Shown here: one piece after another, positions 47,379 through 57,326 of the stretch
How positions within the stretch are numbered: the stretch's first letter is position 1
Layout: every line of letters begins with the position of its first letter
Virus record (IMG/VR): IMGVR_UViG_3300036861_000806
Span: 26,955 to 90,954 of that record
Direction: 5' to 3' (one strand)
DNA length: 64,000 bases
Source of the DNA: a virus
Position numbers and translations under genes: made by a program
Notes under the pieces: generated by a model
What the model saw: only the letters and a program-made list of their open reading frames with translations
Told to the model about the DNA's origin: nothing
The model's database searches: none

Positions 47379-48431
47379 TCACGCCTTCAACTCCTTCGCG
47401 ATGTCGTCGAGGGTGGAGAGATCGCAGGTGTCGAAGGCGTCGATGGATCTCAGGCCGTGCTTCTCCAGCAACTCCCTGATCTTGCCGCGCGCCACGCCGT
47501 TGAGCTTGTCGGCGATCTTTGAGACGAGAGCACGGCGGGCGGCCTGCTCTTCGTCCTGCTGCGTCTCCACCACCACAGGAGATGGCATTTCTTCATCATG
47601 GGGCGGCTCATCTGCCTGTGGTGGCGCTGCAGCGGGCTTGTCGGCCTCCAGCTTGTCGGCCAGGGCGTCGAGCGCCTTGGGTTTCTCGGGCGTGAGCCCC
47701 GTCTCAGCCATGGCGACGGCATCGAGATCCTGCGGCAGCCCCGCCTCGGCGTGCTCGTCAAGCGCGATGGCCTTTTGCAACTCCACCGACGCCGGCGCGA
47801 GCTTCAGCACGCGCTTCAAAACGGTCTTCTTCGCCATCTCATCCCAGGCTGTTTGCCAGGGCCCATCCTCGCTCGCCCGCGAATAGTGCTTGCGGTGCGC
47901 CTCGATCTCGCCGCGGCTCATGACGTCGAACTGCGAGGAGCCGTCCTTCAGGCGCACCACGGCGTAGACATACGTACACGGGCCACGATCTTCGAGGGCG
48001 GCCGGGATGTGGAACAGCTTTGGCTCTAGGCCGAAGGCATAGCTGAACTGATCCTTCTCACAAACGACGCGAGTGTCTACGGCGCCGATCTCGCCGGAAC
48101 GTCGGGCCAGGGCAAGCAGTCCCTTGTAGCCGGGCTGGAACTGCACCTCGTTGACCTTCTTGCGGCCGTTGTAGTACGGGATGAGGTACGCCTGCCCGAG
48201 CACGCCATCTGGCTCGAGGCCGAGCTGCGACGCCTGGATCACGGCCCCGATGAGGCTAATCGGCTCGCACTCTAAGAGCTTCGGCGTCCGCTGTACGGAT
48301 GTCAGCGCGATCCGCATCATCCGCTCGGCGTTCATGTGCTTCGGCAGCGCGAGCGCGATCTGGGCCTTAGACTTTTCCAGCAGGGTGCGGACGTTCGCGG
48401 CGCGCTGCTGCGCGGGCATCAATTGCGTCAT
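47379..48431 (-). CDS. recT: RecT recombinase
   Basis: ALPKHM, SQLGLEP..LGQAYLIPY, QFQPGYKGL, W...WDEMAKKTV. Confidence 0.95.
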   Translation of the reverse strand: MTQLMPAQQRAANVRTLLEKSKAQIALALPKHMNAERMMRIALTSVQRTPKLLECEPISLIGAVIQASQLGLEPDGVLGQAYLIPYYNGRKKVNEVQFQPGYKGLLALARRSGEIGAVDTRVVCEKDQFSYAFGLEPKLFHIPAALEDRGPCTYVYAVVRLKDGSSQFDVMSRGEIEAHRKHYSRASEDGPWQTAWDEMAKKTVLKRVLKLAPASVELQKAIALDEHAEAGLPQDLDAVAMAETGLTPEKPKALDALADKLEADKPAAAPPQADEPPHDEEMPSPVVVETQQDEEQAARRALVSKIADKLNGVARGKIRELLEKHGLRSIDAFDTCDLSTLDDIAKELKA

Positions 48432-49324
48432 GACTTCAACCTCCTCAGCGAGCGCACGGTCGAGGGCTCCACGGTGTAGCCCTTCCGATCGCTTGCCTTC
48501 CATGAGTAGCGCGTGCCATTGACCAGCACGCCATAGGTCGCCTCACCGATCGAGCCTTTGAGTAGGCTCTCGGCGTCATCCTTCACCATCGTCCAGTGCG
48601 TGAGCTGGGCCTTCGCTTCGACGAGACGCGCATCCCACTCGACCGCTTCGGGCGGGAGCGACGCCGAGGCCCCATCGTCCTTGGGATAGAGCTTGCCGAG
48701 CAAATCCTTGCTCGTCGCGTCTGGTGCGGGCGGGTCGAGCCGCTGAATGCGCGCCCAGAACTCTTCCTCGCGCTCCAGCAGGATCGCGATGAAGCGATCG
48801 TTTCGCTCGATGTCCGTCCAGAGAAACCGCTGCCCACCGATCAGAACCGCGAGCGAGCCCCAGGCCCAGCCCATGACGGCCATCTGGTGCTGGAGCTGGA
48901 TCTGGTAGACGAGCGGCGGCTCCTCGGCCCACTCCTCCGCGTGGAAGATTCCGGTCGTCTTGATCTCCAGGACCCCGGGCGTGCTGCGCTGCTCACGCTG
49001 AAGGATCTCGCGGTCGAGCGTGGCGAAGAGGAACGGGCGCGCGTCGTTGACGTGCAGCGTAAACCGGCCGTGATCGATGAGCGATCGCTGCGTCTCGCGC
49101 TCATACTTCTCGGCGATGAGGGGCTCCAGGAGGTTGCCCCACTCCATCGCCTCCGTCTCCTCGGCCGAGGCATTGACCAGTCCGATCTTCTCGCAGAAGA
49201 GCTTAAATGGGGACTTCCATGGCGAGGCGCCGAGCACGGCGGCAGCGTCACTGGCGCCAATGCCGCCAGCGCGCGCGGCGAGCCATTCCCCTTTCGTTTT
49301 GAGCGCGAGTACGCGGGTGCCCAT
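48428..49324 (-). CDS. YqaJ-like viral recombinase exonuclease
   Basis: WLAARAGGIGASD, WGNLLEP, ATLD, LEIKT, YQIQLQHQMAV. Confidence 0.93.
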   Translation of the reverse strand: MGTRVLALKTKGEWLAARAGGIGASDAAAVLGASPWKSPFKLFCEKIGLVNASAEETEAMEWGNLLEPLIAEKYERETQRSLIDHGRFTLHVNDARPFLFATLDREILQREQRSTPGVLEIKTTGIFHAEEWAEEPPLVYQIQLQHQMAVMGWAWGSLAVLIGGQRFLWTDIERNDRFIAILLEREEEFWARIQRLDPPAPDATSKDLLGKLYPKDDGASASLPPEAVEWDARLVEAKAQLTHWTMVKDDAESLLKGSIGEATYGVLVNGTRYSWKASDRKGYTVEPSTVRSLRRLKS

Positions 49325-49590
49325 CTATGCTAACTCTCCTTGGTCCTTCGCCGCCGCATCCGGCGCAACGTCATTGATCAGCGCGGCGGCAAACCTCTTC
49401 GCCGCCTTGATCGCTTCGTCCATCTCGTCGAGCTTCGTGGCGAGGGCTCGGCGGCGAGGCTTTAATCGTTCCAGCTTCCCGACCGCCTTGCTGATCTCGC
49501 TTCGAGCGCGTCCGGCCGGTGGACGTAAGACATCTTTCATGGCGCAATCCTTTCCAATTCCATCTATCAACATGTTCGGACGGCGGCGAA

Positions 49591-50910
49591 TCATGTGAGC
49601 ACCGACGGCGCCGTCCCCATCCCATTCCGCCACCGGAGCGCCGCCTCGACCGTGCGGCAGTCGGGATGCACGCCCTCGATGTGGAAGACGCCGATAGAGG
49701 GGTTCCGCATCTTGAGATAGGGCCGGACGCGCCCGTCGCCCAGATCGAGCGAGAGAAGCTCATACATGTCGCCTTGCCGATGAAGCACCTTGGCGCCCAG
49801 GGCATCGCACACCCGCTCGATCCCGATCTTCCGCACACGCTCACGCCGGATTTCCGCGTTCGTGTCCTTCAAGACGTCGCGGGGATCAAGCCGCTCGGCC
49901 GGCGTTTCTACCAACTCGCGCGGGACGGTCACCCCGTGCAATCGATAGATCCCCCACGCATCCGCGAACTGTAGGGCCATGCCGGTGTCGTTGTGGAGCT
50001 GGCCGCGTTCATCGCGTGTGAGCACTTTCGGGCGGTCGGAGACCATCACGAACTTCCGGTGTGGCCACCACCAACAGGCCGAGCGCGCGGTGTTCTCGTA
50101 GGCGATGGCACGGAGCCACATATCGCCCGGCAGATCCAAATGGCAGACCTCGCGGAAGAAACTGGCCATCACGGGGTCGGCGTACCAATACCCGCCACCG
50201 ATCCAGAACTGACCGCCAATGTAATGTGTATAGGCGCTGCGCACGGCTCTGTCCACGGCGCTGCGCACGGCGCTGTCCACGGCGCTGCCCACGGCGCTGT
50301 CCACGGCGCTGTCCACGGCGCTGCGCACGGCGCTGTACACGGCGCTGTCCACGGCGCTGTGCACGGCGCTGTCCACGGCGCTGCCCACGGCGCTGTCCAC
50401 GGCGCTGTCCACGGCGCTGCGCACGGCTCTGTCCACGGCGCTGCGCACGGCTCTGTACACGGCGCTGTCCACGGCGCTGTGCACGGCGCTGTCCACGGCG
50501 CTGCCCACGGCGCTGCGCACGGCTCTGTCCACGGCGCTGCGCACGGCGCTGTCCACGGCGCTGCCCACGGCGCTGTCCACGGCGCTGTCCACGGCGCTGT
50601 CCACGGCGCTGCGCACGGCTCTGTCCACGGCGCTGCGGCTGTCGCCGCGCGCCGGCATCCAGCCAGTGAGGAGCAACGACGCACAGGGCGCCGCGAAGGC
50701 CAGCACGAGCGGTGACGGCACACGCACGATCCGCTCCGGCTTCGGCAGATTCGCAAAGGCGTAGCATTCGAGCGCCGCCCGCTCGAACGTTGGCCAGTCG
50801 GCCTCCCCGGTCTGCAGCCCGATCGCGGTCCAGCGCTCGACCCATTCTCCGAAGCGGGCGCGTTCCGCCTCGGAGAGTGACGTCAGGCGCTTACGGGGTC
50901 GTGCCACCAT
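49591..50910 (-). CDS. DUF6745-type protein with tetrapeptide repeat
   Basis: CWWWP..FVMVSDRP..GQLHNDTGMALQFADAWGIYRLHGV; NAEIRR; YLKMRNPS. Confidence 0.75.
   Translation of the reverse strand: MVARPRKRLTSLSEAERARFGEWVERWTAIGLQTGEADWPTFERAALECYAFANLPKPERIVRVPSPLVLAFAAPCASLLLTGWMPARGDSRSAVDRAVRSAVDSAVDSAVDSAVGSAVDSAVRSAVDRAVRSAVGSAVDSAVHSAVDSAVYRAVRSAVDRAVRSAVDSAVDSAVGSAVDSAVHSAVDSAVYSAVRSAVDSAVDSAVGSAVDSAVRSAVDRAVRSAYTHYIGGQFWIGGGYWYADPVMASFFREVCHLDLPGDMWLRAIAYENTARSACWWWPHRKFVMVSDRPKVLTRDERGQLHNDTGMALQFADAWGIYRLHGVTVPRELVETPAERLDPRDVLKDTNAEIRRERVRKIGIERVCDALGAKVLHRQGDMYELLSLDLGDGRVRPYLKMRNPSIGVFHIEGVHPDCRTVEAALRWRNGMGTAPSVLT
50230..50637 (-). repeat. 12-bp coding tandem repeat, ~34 x [D/R/G/H/Y][S/R]AV
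   Basis: Unit ~ACAGCGCCGTGG repeated in frame. Confidence 0.95.
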
Positions 50911-51218
50911 CAGTCCCGGACCTGCCGCGCCTCTTCTGCCAGATGATCATATTCCTGGACGCGCCCGACGACGTACTCGCCCGCCGGCAGCGCCACCGGC
51001 TTGTGCTCCTCGTGCACGATCTCGGCGCCGCCCGCCCCGACGCGGAGATACAGCACGCCGTCGACCTCGACGAGGAGGCCGTCGCTCGCCTCCGTGAGCT
51101 GGTGGCAGTGGCCCGTCACTTCGCCGTAGGCCAGCACTCGGCCCTTGGCGATGCCGCCGCCGTGAGGAATCTGGGCGGGCTTGATGAGAATGTCGCCTTG
51201 CTGATAGTAGGTCGTCAT
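50910..51218 (-). CDS. His-motif partner protein of the DUF6745-type gene
   Basis: YQQGDILI, GEVTGHCH, HEEH, QEYD; AGGAG RBS. Confidence 0.75.
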   Translation of the reverse strand: MTTYYQQGDILIKPAQIPHGGGIAKGRVLAYGEVTGHCHQLTEASDGLLVEVDGVLYLRVGAGGAEIVHEEHKPVALPAGEYVVGRVQEYDHLAEEARQVRD

Positions 51219-51894
51219 TGTTCTCTCCTTTCGTCACAGATCCCGCACCCCGGGCAGTCGCCGTCCCGGTGCGCGTAGTATGCGGCCTTGGTCGGGGCAT
51301 CCGACCAGGCGAGTCGGGCGTCGTCGGGCGCGGTGATCGGGCGCTCGGTGGCGCTCATCAGGCACCGTCGATCTTGGCGCGGAGTGCCCGGATGGTGTCG
51401 CACATGACCCTTGACGTGGCCTCCGTCGTGCCCGTAATCCACAACCATTCAGCCTGATGTTCTTTGGTCCACTCGCCGCCCTGATGGAATAGGATCGGCA
51501 GTCGCATGACGTCGTACATCTCCGGCGCGGCAGCATGAAGGCGGCACAACTGTACGGCGCCAACGTAGAAGCATCCGCACTTAGCGACGTTCCCGCTCTC
51601 GACCGGGGTATGCGCCGCAACCCCGGCCAGCCCGACCGTAGGCTGACCACCGATCGGTGGGGTACGCCGATCCCCCTCACGGCGAAGCGTCCCCAGGCTG
51701 CGACAGTCCTTATCCATCGCTCTTCCCTCCACACCAGCCGTTCATGAGTTCATCACCGTCAACGATTCGCCCACATGTCCCACAGCGCAGCCCCAGATCA
51801 GTGAGCCGCCCGTAGGTATGTCTTCGCAGCGTCAGAATCACGCTCATCGTCTGCCCCGCACGATCTTGCAGGCGTACGAGGGATGAATCCCGAA

Positions 51895-52401
51895 TCAACG
51901 GGCGATCCCGCTGATACTCTCGCCGCCAGCCTGGAAAGCATCGATGACGCGCGCCTTGTCACCAACCGCAAGCTTTCGCTCTTGCGCGCCACCGCCGCGC
52001 TGTCTACCTTTCAACACCATGTCGCGCATGTTGTCAGTCTGGGTTCCTAGGAACAGATGGCTAGGCCGGACGCAGAGCATGTTGTCGCAGCGATGAAGAA
52101 TGGCCTGCCCTCCGGGGATCTCGCCGTATACCAAAAGCCACGCCACACGATGGGCGCCCTGATTCTGGCCCTCGAAGTAAAAGGCGCCGTAACCACAAGT
52201 GAACGCCGCCGCCAACCAGGGCCAGCACTCATCGCCGTCGCGTTGATCGACCTTGTTCCAGAATCTTTCTGAATGCCGCCCGCCCGACCCCGCCTCTCCG
52301 CCAAGAGAGTTAGATTGAGGGGCCGGACGGGCAGGGCTCGCCATCCTAGAGGGAATGACGGGCTCGGAACCATAGCGGCTGTAGGTCACGCACGCACTCA
52401 T
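51895..52401 (-). CDS. HNH homing endonuclease
   Basis: RFWNKV..ECWPW, AHRVAW, ILHRCDNMLCVRPSHLFLGTQTDN. Confidence 0.88.
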   Translation of the reverse strand: MSACVTYSRYGSEPVIPSRMASPARPAPQSNSLGGEAGSGGRHSERFWNKVDQRDGDECWPWLAAAFTCGYGAFYFEGQNQGAHRVAWLLVYGEIPGGQAILHRCDNMLCVRPSHLFLGTQTDNMRDMVLKGRQRGGGAQERKLAVGDKARVIDAFQAGGESISGIAR

Positions 52402-54104
52402 CGGGGCTCCGCCGACTCGCTCGCTTCCCTCAACAACTCGTTCGCCGCCTTCGCGTAGCATTCAGCCCCACACACCTCTCTGGCCCTGAACAGGTCGTGG
52501 CTATCCCCGTTGTCATGGACGACGAGCAGGAAGCGAAGCTCGTGGTATTTGCCGGGCATGAGATCGCCACATTGATCGCATCGACGCTCGACGGACTGGC
52601 TCATGCGCCCCCTCCGTTTGCGCGGATGGCGGACTCGATCTTGATTGCGTAGCCCGGCGGGTTCGGCATTCCCCGGTGGGCTTCTGTGGCCCCGTCGCGG
52701 AGGAACTTGAGGACCCGCTCGGCCATCACACGTTCAGGTTGCTCGTCGTCGTCCTTGTCGTAACCGTCGAGCATGACTTGAAGGATGATGCCCATGATCG
52801 GACGGACCAGAGAGAAATCCTCGTCTTCAGGATGTTCGCGCGCCCACTGGCTGATGAACTGGCCAGCGATCTGCGCGGCACGCTCCCGCTCATCCGCGAG
52901 CGCCTGGGCGATTGCCGCGTGCTTCGAGCACACCCGCTCGCCGTTGCACTCCCATCCGGTGTACAGCGTGCACGGTCTGTATTCCCGCGCCCGCTCCACG
53001 TCCCGCGCGGTCGGCTGGGTCACGACTTCACCCGGCGCGAGCCGATATGCCAGCGACGCAGCTTGGGCTCACAGGTGCAGTGCTCGCTACAATGTCCGCA
53101 TCTCTTACAGGTCGGAGTCCCAGGCTTCCAGCAGTCACAGCCAGGCCGCAGCGCCGCGCCGCAGCATACGCACTTCACGACATCGTCTATCATTCGCTCG
53201 ATCGGGGAGGTCACCGCGGCTCCAATAGCAGAATCAGCACGTACAGGACGCCGATGTTGAGGAGCGCGATCAGCGCGGCGAGTACTTCGTCGCGGAGGGG
53301 GCGGGTGATCATGGCGCCACTTGCCTCGGCTCGCAATTCTCGTTCAGATATTCATCCGCCGTCAGGAGCCGTCGACAGCCCGGGCACGCAACATAGCCCC
53401 CCGGAAGGATCTTGACGTTCGCGTGGGGCGTGCGAGTCACGGGGCGCCGCACATCCTGAAACGCGCCGTAAGCATCGTCATGCATTACCCTCACGAGATC
53501 CGGCCGCTTGGCCCACGGAGGCATAAGCGGCAGGCCGCCTCGCCGACTGGAGAAGCGGGGGGAGATGATCAGGCCGCATTGCGCGCAGATGAGCATGGGC
53601 TAGCTCAGCCCTAACGGAATTCCAATGGTCAAACACGCTGAGGGCCAGCGCTCCAGGTGGAGGCAGAGCACGCTCACTAGATATCTCCGGTCTGGCGTCG
53701 TGGCCACGATGATCATGGGGCTCACGCTGTCCGCATCCATCTCGGCAGCCGAAACATCGCCGCGGGGATCCGAACCGGACGAAAGACATGGCCCAGCCGC
53801 TGGCGATCCTCACATCTCCCGTGGACGCCGACACTGCGATTGAGCAATCGGCTCGTTGGGGCGCCGCAGAGGAGACAAGGGCGAGGCCGGGCGGTCATCG
53901 CCCGCTCCGCTGCCACGGCTTGAACGCCGCCCGCCGGAACTTCCCGTAGAAGTTCAGCCGGCGCCGTGACGTCGTGTCCGGAGGCGACGTGAACCGCGCG
54001 TGGCGGCAGTCGACGCATCGACAGAGAGCGTCGTGGTGGCGTTTGGCGTCGACGTCGGCGCGGCGACTACGGGCCACTCGGGCGCGGCGTTCTTGGTGAG
54101 TCAT
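52398..54104 (-). other. Run of small hypothetical early genes
   Basis: 52398-52604, 52601-53023, 53020-53214, 53309-53596, 53895-54104; coupled starts and stops; many CxxC. Confidence 0.5.
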
Positions 54105-54112
54105 CGGGCGCC

Positions 54113-54733
54113 CTACCTCGCCACGAAGTCACTGATGAGCGCCGGGGTTGCGGTATCGAAACCGCAGACGTCCAGCAATCGATCAGCTATGAGCCGACAC
54201 AGCGACACGAAGTAGCCCTCGCGCAGATCCGACTTCATCTTGTTGACGTCTCTATGAACCCACTGCACGTTGCCAGGCACGTACCCGAAAGAGTTGTCAC
54301 GACGATCCAGCGAGGCGTCGATTCCGTGAGTCAGCGGCAGACCTGTGTAGGCACATCGCCCGTCTTGAGCCCCCCATGTCTGCCATAGGGTTTCGGGCGT
54401 GACCTCAAACAAGAGGCCGCGCTTCGCCGCATCGCTCTCGATCTGCGTGAGATACACGCCCGTCAGATCGCGATAGCCTCTCCAGCGCGGGTTGTTTTCC
54501 CGAACCACGGCACACCGCAGACAACGTCTGCTACGCCGCAGGTGCGACAAGGTTGACGGCCCGCAGATATGCCCGCAAGTGGAGCAACACCACCGCCACA
54601 GATGGTGCCCATGGTCGTTTCGGCCGACGTACTCGTGAAGCGCGCCGGGCCCGATGGCCTCGCCGATCTCATGACCGCCTTGAGATAACTCGGCGACACG
54701 ATAGCGCCGACCCCGATTCCATGGAACCATCAC
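54113..54733 (-). CDS. HNH-like homing endonuclease ending in a copy of the Ro60 C-terminus
   Basis: QDGRCAYTG..ASLDRRDNSFGYVPGNVQWVHRDVNKMK; tail LLDVCGFDTATPALISDF. Confidence 0.85.
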   Translation of the reverse strand: MMVPWNRGRRYRVAELSQGGHEIGEAIGPGALHEYVGRNDHGHHLWRWCCSTCGHICGPSTLSHLRRSRRCLRCAVVRENNPRWRGYRDLTGVYLTQIESDAAKRGLLFEVTPETLWQTWGAQDGRCAYTGLPLTHGIDASLDRRDNSFGYVPGNVQWVHRDVNKMKSDLREGYFVSLCRLIADRLLDVCGFDTATPALISDFVAR

Positions 54734-56376
54734 ATCCTCGACCCGATAAAATCAGCAATGAGCGACGGCGTAGTCGTGTCCATACCGACTACGTCGAGCA
54801 TGCCCGCATCGTTCGGGTCAGCGATCGTGAATCCGTTGGACACCATCGCGACGACGGCGAGCTTGGCGGAGATACCCGTCTCGCGGCGGTACTTCGTGAG
54901 CGCCTGTGACGGGTGCATCGCGCCAGCCCATGTCTCCGAGTCCGTCAGGACGACGAATCCGTCAGCGGCGAGCTTCTGCTCCAGCGCCCACAGCATCGGC
55001 AGCGAGCAGTCGGTGCCGCCGAACGGGAGGCTCGAGACGACGCGCACCGCATCGGCGAGCCGCTGTTTGGGGCTGATGGGTAGCGGCCGGAACTCCGTTG
55101 CGAATCCCATGATGACGTGATTCGGCTCACGGGCCGCCGTGACGAGGGCGAGGGCGGCGCTCGCGTCTCGCGGTGTCAGGCCCGGTACGCCCGCGATGGC
55201 CCCGCCGCCCATGGAGCCGGACACGTCCAGCGCCAAGACGTAGCGCTTGCCCGTGATCGGCACATTCTCGAACGCGGTATAGAACGCGGCGTCAAGGGCG
55301 TCGATGATCTGGCTGACAGGCGCCCAGGTCAGCGAGCCGCGCTCGCCGTGGCCCTGCGCATAGACGCGCTGGGCGGACAGCAGCGCGATCGGGTGCAGTC
55401 GCGAGCGGCGAATCCGCTCCTCGTTGCCGAGCTCGCGGACCACATGCGCGACCGCCTCGCTCATCGGAGCCAGCAGGCCCACCGCCGTCATCTTGGCGAG
55501 ACTGCGAACCATTGCCGTCATCGGCATTCGCTCCAGCAGCGCCGCCCACACGTCGGCTTGGTTCAACATCTCGGGCGGCACAACTTCGCGCGGGAGATCG
55601 TGCTCGCGGATCAGGGCGCACAGACGCTTGACATCCAGCCCGGCGGTGATCTCGTCGAGCGCGGCAACCAGGGGGTGCGGGGCGACAGGCTCGAGGAATC
55701 GCCGATAGGGCGCAAGCCGGACCCCCTTCTTGGTCCGCTGCTCTTCGGCGCGGAGATCCTTCGATCCGGTGAGCCACCGAAAGAGGGCCTGATGCTCGGC
55801 GCTCGGCGGGGTGACGTGCGCGAGCCGCAGGAGGTCAGCATGGGTCCAGCCGTCGCGCTGACGGTACTTGATGGCCTGATAGACGACGTGATCGATCTCG
55901 GCTGAATACCACCCCTGCACGGCGCGGCGCAGTCCCCGACCCCATCCCCGGAATGCCTGCACCGCTTGCGCGAAATGGAACAGATGCGTCCCGATCCGGC
56001 AGACTTTGGGCATCGCCTCGAATGCCACCGCCTTCGTCGCTGAATCGCCGAGCGCCGCCGCCAGGGCGAGGGCGAAGATGGCGGGGTCGTTCTTCGGGGC
56101 CCGACCTGCCGTGGAGACCTCCACGATACGGCGCACCGCGCGCGGGCCATCGGTCTGAATGCAGCGCGTGACGGCTGCGGCGTTCTCCTTCGTCAGCTTC
56201 TTCTCTGAGGCGTAGTACGTCGGGCCCTCTGATCCGAGAATCAGAAAGCGGTCGAGCCGTGTCCAATCATCCACCGCCCACGTAAAACCACCCGCGCTGT
56301 TCGGAACCTGCGCGGTGCCGGGAATCGGCTCGCTCTGGGGCGTGGTCCGTGTCGAGACATGCTGGCTGTAGTCCAT
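54730..56376 (-). CDS. rsr: Ro60/Rsr TROVE-vWA RNA-binding protein
   Basis: NSAGGF, LDRFLILGSEG.TYY, RIGTHLF, KYRQRDGWTH.DLLRLAH, LALDVSGSM, GGTDCSLP, TDSETW, IADPND.GMLDVVG.D. Confidence 0.95.
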   Translation of the reverse strand: MDYSQHVSTRTTPQSEPIPGTAQVPNSAGGFTWAVDDWTRLDRFLILGSEGPTYYASEKKLTKENAAAVTRCIQTDGPRAVRRIVEVSTAGRAPKNDPAIFALALAAALGDSATKAVAFEAMPKVCRIGTHLFHFAQAVQAFRGWGRGLRRAVQGWYSAEIDHVVYQAIKYRQRDGWTHADLLRLAHVTPPSAEHQALFRWLTGSKDLRAEEQRTKKGVRLAPYRRFLEPVAPHPLVAALDEITAGLDVKRLCALIREHDLPREVVPPEMLNQADVWAALLERMPMTAMVRSLAKMTAVGLLAPMSEAVAHVVRELGNEERIRRSRLHPIALLSAQRVYAQGHGERGSLTWAPVSQIIDALDAAFYTAFENVPITGKRYVLALDVSGSMGGGAIAGVPGLTPRDASAALALVTAAREPNHVIMGFATEFRPLPISPKQRLADAVRVVSSLPFGGTDCSLPMLWALEQKLAADGFVVLTDSETWAGAMHPSQALTKYRRETGISAKLAVVAMVSNGFTIADPNDAGMLDVVGMDTTTPSLIADFIGSRM

Positions 56377-56393
56377 GGTTTCCCTCAGTGTGT

Positions 56394-56538
56394 TCGGCGC
56401 GGATGAAGAATTGCCCACCGGCGAAGCGCTTGCGCGCCCTTTGCTCTACCAGACTGAGCTACGTGGCTATCCGTGGATAGCCGCGACCGGAATCGAACCG
56501 GTGCCACAAGAGAACCGGCGAACGCCGACCCGAGCCGA
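56394..56538 (-). ncRNA. YrlA-like Y RNA with permuted tRNA-like domain
   Basis: Terminal stem GGCUCGGGUCG.../...CUUCAUCCGCGCC; T arm ACCGGUUCGAUUCCGGU (56486-56502), closed acceptor-like hairpin, then D arm GUAGCUCAGUCUGGUAGAGC (56443-56462); directly upstream of Ro60. Confidence 0.85.
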
Positions 56539-56550
56539 GTTACAGAACAC

Positions 56551-56614
56551 GCGACGGATGAAGGATCGCCGACCGGATGACTTAGCAGGTAACCGGCCAG
56601 CAGCGACCCGTCGC
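56551..56614 (-). ncRNA. Short Y-RNA-like unit B
   Basis: GCGACGGGUCG..CUGGCCGGUUACC..CCGGUCGG..CUUCAUCCGUCGC; same stem motifs as the YrlA-like unit. Confidence 0.7.
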
Positions 56615-56623
56615 AGGAGAAAA

Positions 56624-56688
56624 GAAGCGGACGAATGAACGCCGACGGGTGCTTTTCAAGGTAACCCGCCGACTCCGGCCCGCCCCTC
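56624..56688 (-). ncRNA. Short Y-RNA-like unit A
   Basis: GCGGGCCGG..GUCGGCGGGUUACC..ACCCGUCGGC..UUCGUCCGC. Confidence 0.65.
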
Positions 56689-56716
56689 TGATTGACGTTG
56701 GCACCCAAAGATTCCA

Positions 56717-56986
56717 TCAGAATCTCCGCATTCTCCGAGCCGCCGCGAGCATCTGTGGAGCACCTCCGAGCATCTGTCCCGGCATCCCGATAGAACCTTG
56801 AGTAACTACGGGTGCGTCCGCGATGCTGAGGGCGTAAAGGGCCAGCATGCGAGCGAAGACTGAGGGCTCCAAGCCGCGCGATAGCGCCGACTCCGTGATG
56901 GCCTGCCACTCTTCTGTGGTGAATCTTATCGAATGGGGCTCTCGGGAGTGCATCGCGGCTAGGGGGCGGCGCTCGGGGGGATTCAT
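56717..56986 (-). CDS. Putative ribbon-helix-helix regulator
   Basis: HSIRFTTEEWQAITESALSRGLEPSVFARMLAL. Confidence 0.55.
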   Translation of the reverse strand: MNPPERRPLAAMHSREPHSIRFTTEEWQAITESALSRGLEPSVFARMLALYALSIADAPVVTQGSIGMPGQMLGGAPQMLAAARRMRRF

Positions 56987-57238
56987 TTATGCCGCCTCCG
57001 GCCCTTCCGGCCGGATTTTCCCTTTCCGATTGGCTCGCTTCTCGGCCTTGGCGATCAGCCGCAGAACCGTCTCGATGACATTGCCGCTCGTGCTGCGCCC
57101 AGCGAACACGTTCACCACCAGCGGGCGCGTCACCCCGGCGGCATTCGCGATCGCATCCTGCGTCACGTGGAGCCGTTTGCAGTCCGCGCGGAGCTGGATG
57201 AGATCGGGCTTGGTTTGTTCTGGGCTAACGGTTACCAT
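56987..57238 (-). CDS. Cro-like HTH protein
   Basis: LHVTQDAIANAAGVTRPLVVNVFAGR; first gene of the leftward operon. Confidence 0.7.
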   Translation of the reverse strand: MVTVSPEQTKPDLIQLRADCKRLHVTQDAIANAAGVTRPLVVNVFAGRSTSGNVIETVLRLIAKAEKRANRKGKIRPEGPEAA

Positions 57239-57305
57239 CACGGCGGTAACGGTAATCCTTCCCTTGCGTGATTGCAAGGGAAAAGTTGCAGACTCGCAAG
57301 TATAG
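57226..57305. promoter_or_regulatory. Divergent promoter/operator region
   Basis: AT-richer; palindrome TTCCCTTGC-N6-GCAAGGGAA (57259-57282); repeated TAACGGT. Confidence 0.55.
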
Positions 57306-57326
57306 GAGAACACGGCGATTCTTCGC

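Noticed and set aside
50230-50637. Tandem repeat as a CRISPR or guide array
   Set aside because: 12-bp in-frame units with no spacers; explained by a coding tetrapeptide repeat.
56443-56502. Canonical tRNA gene
   Set aside because: The T arm precedes the D arm, the acceptor stem is closed by a loop and there is no anticodon arm or CCA; this fits a Y RNA.
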